NCBI RefSeq assembly: GCF_000143415.4
Contig: NW_003314386.1
Coordinates: forward strand, 367,579-431,578
Direction of reading: 5' to 3'
DNA: 64,000 nt
Origin: Selaginella moellendorffii
Taxonomy: Eukaryota; Plantae; Lycopodiophyta
In this document: piece by piece, positions 56,947 to 64,000 of the stretch
Position numbering within the stretch: position 1 is the first letter of the stretch
Layout of the letters: the number at the start of each line of letters is the position of its first letter
Made by a program: the position numbers and the translations under genes
The notes under the pieces: model-generated
What the model was told of the DNA's origin: nothing
The model's input: only the letters and a program-made list of their open reading frames with translations
Databases searched by the model: none

Positions 56947-59502
56947 ATGCCAATAGGCTATGTCGGCGCCGCTGTTGGGGGTTTTCCATCGTGGACAGGC
57001 ACAGATTCCACTTGGGGACTGGTGAGAATCAGGAGTTTTGCTGCTCCAGCTCCGTCGCTCGAGGCTTCGATTCGCGAATGTAGGCCCAGAAGGGATTGGA
57101 GGAGCCAGGCGAGCCAGCGCGGTGGCTATAGATTTCGAAACAGCGATGGGAAGTTTGAGTATATTTCCAAGGAGGAGTTCTACGAGTCCAGTGCAGCGGC
57201 GGATGGTTCTTCCGGCGTTGTTCTTCGTCTTGTCTGGGGGAAAAAATTGCTACGACAGTTTTGGAAGATCATGACCTTTGCCGGACCCGCGCTTGGGATT
57301 TGGCTTTTCAGTCCTTTGATGAGCCTCATTGACACTGCGGTGATTGGAAATTGTAGCACCCTCGAGCTAGCAGCGCTTGGTAAGCTTTGAGCCTTTTCCT
57401 TTTCACTTCTTTTCTTCTTTGCCTTACGTAGAATTTTCTAGACAGGGCCAGCAACAGTTCTTTGCGACCATGTCTCGTATTTGTTCATGTTTTTATCGGT
57501 GGCCACCTCCAATCTTGTTGCAACTTCACTGGCTCGCAATGTGAGTGTAGAGATTTTTTCATCTTTCCAGACTTTGTAGTCACTCGCTCGTTTTCATATC
57601 AGGATCTAGAAGAAGCAGCGCAGCATTTGTCTCGGCTGCTTTTGATATCGTTGAGCCTTGGCATCGGCATGCTCGTTTTGATGGAGCTGTACGCGACTCC
57701 ACTTCTCCAAGGTAAGACGATTCTTTAGCTTCGATCATTCGCTTTTGAAATCAATCAGGTTTCCTAAAGTCACAGAATTCTTTCCTGGTATCTCCTGCTG
57801 CGACATACGTAAAGGTAAAGGTATTTCTACGACCTTTTACGTATGTTTCTCAGTTTGCCCTCTTATTTTTTCAGATTAGAGCTTTGTCATGGCCAGCAAT
57901 GCTTGTTGGAATGGTTGCACAAAGTGCTATGTATGTGTTTCTTTCTTTTGGATTCTGTGAATAGCAGATAACTTGCACCGGAGTTTTTCCAGCCTTGGAA
58001 TGAAGGATTCTTGGAGCCCTTTGAAGGTGTTAGCCATTGCCGGTGCTATTAATGCCGTCGGAGACATTCTTCTGTGCTCGTATCTAGGATGTGGAATCGC
58101 CGGCGCGGCTTGGGCAACATCCTTTGCTCAGGTAAGTCGTGCTGCCTACAAGTTCTTCACGCTCATATGAAATGTTTCCTCGGCAGTATGTTGCAGTGGT
58201 TTTGATGCTCAAGTCTTTAGTTCAAAAAGGATACAACATATTTCTTGTCTGCCTCCCGTCAAGAAAAGATTTGAAGCAGCTCCTGAAAATAGTCGTTCCT
58301 GTTTTGACAACGACCGTTTTTGAGGTTGCCTCCTCGTTCCTGTCTTGACTTGGTTGCTGAAGAAACATTCTGCAGGTGGTGTTTTATACTCTGTGTACAT
58401 ATCTTGCATCGACGTTGGGGCCCCTAAATCTTGCTGCGCACCAGGTAATTGTTTTTATAATTCCAGGCCCGGCCAAACAGTACTAAGACGGAAGTAAAAC
58501 CATGAAACTTGCAGGTGATGATAGGAATCCAGAACTTGTGCTACGTATGGGGAGAACCTTTAGCTCAAACAGCGCAGACATTCATGCCTGCGTTACTTGA
58601 TGGATCCTCTCGCGACTTGAATCAGGTACTCGCGTTTCCTAGTTTCTCGAACAGAAAACGTCACGGTTTAATCTCATGCTCAGGCCCGTGTTCTTCTCCA
58701 AATCCTTCTCATTATTGGTGCAACAGTGGGGCTTGTTGCTGGGTTCTCCGCGATCTCAATCCCGTGGCTTGTTCCGCAAGTCTTCACAAAGGACGTGGTG
58801 ATAATTGAGAAAGTGAGTGTCACTGTTGATACTGATGAGAGTTCTTACACCTCGGGAAATCTTTTCAGATGCGTAGAATAAGTCTGCCGGTGCTGTGCAC
58901 GCTGGTCGTGACTCCACCCATGCTTGCACTGGAAGGCACTTTACTGGTATGTTGTAGCTTTTTCGTTTTTGTCTACGGGATGCTGACCATCTCTAAACAA
59001 TTCTTTTCGTTGTCCTGGCAGGCAGGACGAGATCTCAAATTCCTAGGCCTCGCAATGGTCTGCTGCTACTCTGGCGGAATAATGGTCACCCTGGTGAGCT
59101 TTCCAAATCACTCCGTTTGGAGCACACGACTCTCACGTCTCCATCAATCGTGCAGGCATTCTACCGAGCTGGGTTTGGGCTCCCCGGCTTCTGGTGGACG
59201 TTGTTCTTGATCGAACTGGTATGTCTAAACTGCTGCTTTAAACAAATCTTTGGTTTTCATGAATTCTTCCGATAGAACTTCCAGTCGAGTTTTTTATCTA
59301 ACGCTTTGCTTCCAGAGCCGGACATCGGTGGCACTGATTCGATTGACTTCGTCGCAGAGCTTTCTCGCTGACAAGCGACGTCCAAGCGGCCGAGAAGTAT
59401 GTTTTCTTTGCTTTTCTAGAGGTTTTCTACGAAAGGTTTTGGTCGCTATCATAGTTTCTTTGGAGCTAATGTTTGATTTTCCAGAAGCTCGAGAGGGGCT
59501 GA
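56947..59502 (+). CDS. MATE transporter, EDS5/DTX46-47-like, multi-exon
   Basis: [89 protein letters not shown]; last exon uncertain. Confidence 0.9.
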
Positions 59503-59760
59503 GTGTGTTGCCTGGAGGATGGGCTACGTATAAAGCGTGTCATGGGATATTCCGTGAATATTATTGTCCGACGGAATGTACCTCGAGCGGGCAGAATATC
59601 CTGCCGCATTTTCCGTCCGTTAAGAGGTCCCTTAAAGAACACCCGTGAAGGGTGAAAAAGAAATTTTCGGTGCTTCATTTTTTCAGTGTGGGAAGAACGC
59701 GAGGGCGCGGGCGCGCGGGGGCGCGGCATTGCCCGGATCTGTGGCAGCAGGCTGGCATCC

Positions 59761-61587
59761 ATGGCGGCGAGGCTAGATCTGGATGGACAGGTGATAGAGC
59801 CGCTCAAGATTTGTATGATAGGAGCTGGGGGATTCATCGGCTCGCATCTGTGCGAGAAGCTCATGTGGGAGACGCAGCATTCGGTGCTGGCGATTGATGT
59901 CTACAGCGACAAAATCCAGCATTTGCTGGAGCCAGGGCAATCTTGGAGCAGCCGGATTGAGTTCCACAGGATCAATATCAAGCACGATTCGCGGCTCGAG
60001 GGGCTTATCAAGCTCGCCGACCTGGTAAGTCGCCATAGATGGGATTTCCATTGGAATGTAGCTAGAGATTTCCAGTTTTTTCTCACGGGAGATCCTTGTG
60101 TGTGTGGCCAGACTATCAATCTAGCGGCAATTTGCACACCGGCAGACTATAACACGCGGCCGCTCGACACGATCTACAGTAATTTTATTGACGCATTGCC
60201 AGTGGTAAGTCGGTATTTTTTCTTAGCGTTTCCAGAGTGTTTTTAGTTCTTTTTTAGAGCTTGATAGTTGTTTTTAGAGCTTATTTTTTGCTTTTTGGAA
60301 CTTAAGTGACTGAGAACGAACAGGTTAGATATTGCTCGGACAACAACAAGCGCTTGATCCATTTTTCTACGTGCGAAGTGTATGGAAAAACGATTGGAAG
60401 CTTTTTGCCCGAGGACAGTTCCTTGAGGAAGGCATGTATTTTGTTTTTCCTGGTGATCTCTATCCAGTTTCTCTTCGTCTGACTTTACCTTTTCTTCTAT
60501 CGTGTTTTTTTATTCTGTTCGTGGCGACAGGACCCGAGTTACTACGTCCTTAAGGAGGACGAGTCTCCTTGCATTTTTGGCCCGATTGAGAAGCAGCGAT
60601 GGTCGTATGCTTGTGCAAAGCAGCTGATCGAGCGTGTCATCTATGGTAAGCAAAGTTTCTGTTTGAAAGAAACTAAGTTATGTGGTTGTGGTGTTTTATA
60701 ATCTTTCCAGCCGAGGGAGCAGAGAACGGCCTTGAATTCACAATCGTACGTCCCTTCAACTGGATTGGGCCACGGATGGATTTTATTCCCGGGATCGATG
60801 GGCCAAGCGAAGGCGTACCAAGAGTTTTGGCTTGCTTCAGTACGGTATGCAAGCCACCACATTTCTGTGGATTCTAGCTATTGGTGTTATGTGACGAGCT
60901 ACTTTATTACTTCCGTGCAGAACTTGCTCAAGAGCGAGCCTCTGAAGCTCGTCGATGGTGGACAATCACAACGGACGTTCGTCTACATCAAGGATGCCAT
61001 TGACGCGGTGATGCGTATGGTGGTAAGTCTCTGTGATGTTGGAATAAATCCAGATGTAGTCTAATCACTTGGAACCATGACAGGAAAATCCACAACGAGC
61101 AAATGGTTACGTGTTCAACGTCGGCAACCCAGACAATGAAGTCACAGTTAGAGAACTTGCTTTGATGATGACCGAGGCAAGTGTTGTTTTTAAAACGTTC
61201 TTTCAGTTTCCCAGGCTTATCTTCATACTTCTCATTGGTGCCACACAGGTGTACACAAAAGTTAGCGGCAGGCCGCAGCTGGACGAGCCCACAATCGACG
61301 TGAGCTCGAAGGAGTTTTACGGGGAGGGATACGATGACAGCGACAAGCGCATTCCAGACATGACGATCATCAAGAAGCAACTGGGTAAGAGCTACGATCG
61401 TGTTCTAGCTTTTGTTCTATCAACCAATCGTGTCTAAACATCTCTCTCTCTCTTTTTGGTGTTTGATCCAGAGTGGGAACCCAAGACATCTCTGTTCGAT
61501 CTCTTGGAATCGACGCTGACTTACCAGCACAAGACTTATGCCCGAGCGATGCAGCAACTATTGTCCAAGTCCCTCCCCACCGCCTAG
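59761..61587 (+). CDS. AXS: UDP-D-apiose/UDP-D-xylose synthase
   Basis: MAARLDLDG..ICMIGAGGFIGSHLCE, NLAAICTPADYNTRP, FSTCEVYG, RWSYACAKQL, GEGYDDSDKRIPD. Confidence 0.96.
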
Positions 61588-62635
61588 TAAGATCTCCAAG
61601 AGCTTTCACTCTCATTCTTAGCTACATACATAAGGATACGTAACTTCGATGCTTAGATGATTTCATTCGAAGAGAGCAGGCTATGGCTTTGTCGTCGCGA
61701 AGAGGAAGAAAGAAAGAAGCAATAAAGCGTTTTTACAAAGAATAAAAACAGAGCCTGGAAGGAGGGGGTATATTCTCGCATTTGAAATGGTGCGCGGTGG
61801 ATATTCCTGGCGGTGGTCGGAATCGAGCGCTTGACTTTTTGTCTCGTGCAAGAGGATCGCGATTGTGGGCTTGTACGGAACAGTGTACTTGTATTTAATT
61901 TTTCTAAACGCTCCCTCTTCGAGAGAAGGGGAAATTTCTTGCGCGCTCGATCGCGACGAGGGCGAGAAATTGGAGGTCCCCCCACCGAAATAAAAGGAGC
62001 TCCGATCGCTCCTCTCTCGATCCATCCAAGAAATTGATGACTGTGCATCTCTTCTGATCCGATGAGACCCAGTCCTTCCAGGAGAAGCTAGGGATTGATT
62101 CGTAGATCGATCGATTGAGCAAGCCACTGGAGAATCCAAGCACAACCCATTCGAGAACAGAGAACTTCCCAGCGACCCAAAAAAGAGGAAGCCAAAGAAA
62201 AAAAAAACCTTTTTTCCTCTCTTCCTCTTTTTGCCCTCCCTCCATTTGCGTTGTCTGTTTTGGCAGACTCGGTCACTGTGTATCACAGGGATGATGATGA
62301 ACAGTGGAGTAGAACGATCGATCGACCGCAAGGCTGGAAAGAATCGCTAAGTGACGAGCACCCAAATGCCCGCGCTCACATTTTAGGTGTTTATTTTCCC
62401 ATTTGGAGGAGGGATGAGGAAGAGGAGCCGGAGGAGGAGTGGCGATTTTGGGCGTGGCATGGGATCTCGCCAGTGGCGGCGGCGAGCTTAGATCTAGGCA
62501 GGGTCGCGGCAGGACGGAGCTAGATTGCTGCTTGTCATGGGTGTGAAGATGCATCGTTGCCATCGACAGCGCCGTCGCTATCATCATCATCGGCGTCTTG
62601 TTCTTCGCCGGAGCTAGAGGAATTTGGTTCCGGCG

Positions 62636-64000
62636 ATGGCAGATCTTGCGAGAAATGGGGCCGTGGAGCGCGACATTGAACAGGTTCTTCCTCAAAACCT
62701 TTTTTTTCTCCTCGCTTCTTCCAAGTTCCATCCATCGTCGTGTTTTTTTTCTTTTCTTCTTCTCCTTCTTCCTTCCTCTCTTTTCTTTGGCNNNNNNNNN
62801 NNNNNNNNNNNNNNNNNNNNNNNNNNNNNNNNNNNNNNNNNNNNNNNNNNNNNNNNNNNNNNNNNNNNNNNNNNNNNNNNNNNNNNNNNNNTCTCTTCTC
62901 TCGTGTGTAAAAGGCTATCACTGCGCTGAAGAAGGGAGCCCAGCTCCTCAAGTATGGGAGACGAGGAAAGCCAAAGTTTTGCCCATTCCGGCTCTCCAAT
63001 GTGAGTGAAAAGCTAAAGCTCGATCGATCGAAAGATCTTTCCTCCACTTTTTTTTAGAGCGAGTAGAGTCGTGACAAACTTTTTCCAGGATGAAACACAC
63101 TTGATATGGTACTCTGGAAAGGAGGAGAAGAGTTTGCGGTTGAGCTCCATCACAAGGATTGTCCCCGGCCAGCGAACTGTAAGTTCTTTCCTCGATCAAT
63201 CGGCGATCGAATTCATCCATCATCGGTTCCCGGAAAAGTTTGCTGAGAGCTTTTGGTTTTGCAGGCCAACTTTCAGAGATATCCGAGGTTAGAGAAGGAG
63301 TATCAATCGTTCTCGCTCATTTATGGCAACGATCGCTCGCTCGACCTGGTACGGCGTGATGTTCTTGGGAAAGTTTGTTGAGAGTAAAAGTGTTCTTCGC
63401 AGATTTGCAAAGACAAGGACGAGGCCGAGGTGTGGTTCGTGGGACTCAAAGCTCTTGTCTCCGGGGGCCAGTTATCACGCCTGCGATTTGACTCGAGGAG
63501 CGAATGCGGTCCTCCCTCGGACTCAAACAGCCCCGCGACGTGGTCCAGAATCTCTCCAGCGAGCTCCCCGTTCGGAAACGTTGATAATCTTCCTCGCCAG
63601 GTACTCCTGCAAGATCAAACGATACAAAAAAGCTTTTTTTTCTCATGAGTTCTCGTTCTTCGTTCTTCCAGGATGGCCGAGAAGCTTTCCGCTTCCAAAG
63701 TCCATACGGAAGTCCCCCACGCTACGCTCTCCAGCAACGCAGCTTCTCTCCGGGAGCACCATCGCTCGACTCCTCCTCCAAACTCTTCCTAGAAAACGCC
63801 TCCACGGCGGGATCTCTCCACTCGGACATGAGCTCGGAGCCCGCCGCCAGCGTCCTCCACCTCCGCGGAGGCGCCGCCGCCGCCACCTCCGCCGCCGCCG
63901 CCATCCCTCTCGACGCCAACTTTCGCGTGAGCATGTCCAGCGCCGTGAGCTCGTCCAGCCAGGGGTCCGGCCAGGAAGAAGGCGACGCTCTCGGCGACGT
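62636..64000 (+). CDS. PRAF/RLD (PH-RCC1-FYVE-BRX) protein, 5' part; runs off the window
   Basis: ERDIEQ|AITALKKGAQLLKYGRRGKPKFCPFRLSN|DE..LIWYSGKEEK..PGQRT|..YQSFSLIY..RSLDL|ICKDKDEAEVWF..FRVSMSSAVSSSSQGSG..DALGDV. Confidence 0.92.

Noticed and set aside
62535-63047. ORFs spanning N runs (also 7973-8299)
   Set aside because: Artefacts of assembly gaps within introns
1-64000. Autonomous transposase/RT/helicase, tRNA or rRNA genes
   Set aside because: No recognisable motifs or structures seen by eye; small ncRNAs could have been missed

Overview
Eukaryotic plant nuclear DNA. Very short GT-AG introns (~50-100 nt), tiny intergenic gaps, GC-rich exons and abundant PLS-type PPR remnants point to a lycophyte, most likely Selaginella (inference). 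Three 100-N gaps (1142-1241, 8105-8204, 62792-62891). The window has three zones. (1) ~2-25 kb: compact, apparently intact genes (plastid EF-Tu, OXR/At5g57345-like membrane protein, SRF-type LRR-RLK, a divergent cysteine-synthase-family enzyme, PAM68, MED17, PHD-like Zn finger, mTERF, O-fucosyltransferase family). (2) ~25.6-56.6 kb: a scrambled mosaic of duplicated, inverted, deletion-condensed gene fragments (PPR, UGT, GT4, NPSN, PTOX, metacaspase, His kinase, GyrA, POD1/TAPT1, CGEP), including pieces of genes that lie elsewhere in this window (EF-Tu, MATE, AXS). Embedded in it are a few clean ORFs: a four-copy family encoding a signal-peptide, Cys-containing, tandem double alpha-crystallin (HSP20) domain protein, an 11-mer-repeat amphipathic protein, and a coiled-coil protein with a 42-nt repeat. 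(3) ~57-64 kb: intact MATE (EDS5-like), UDP-apiose/xylose synthase and the 5' part of a PRAF/RLD gene. The best candidate for something undescribed is the secretory-pathway double-ACD family amplified inside the fragment-shuffling island. All family calls come from motif recognition by eye; no database search was run, and exon boundaries are approximate unless stated.
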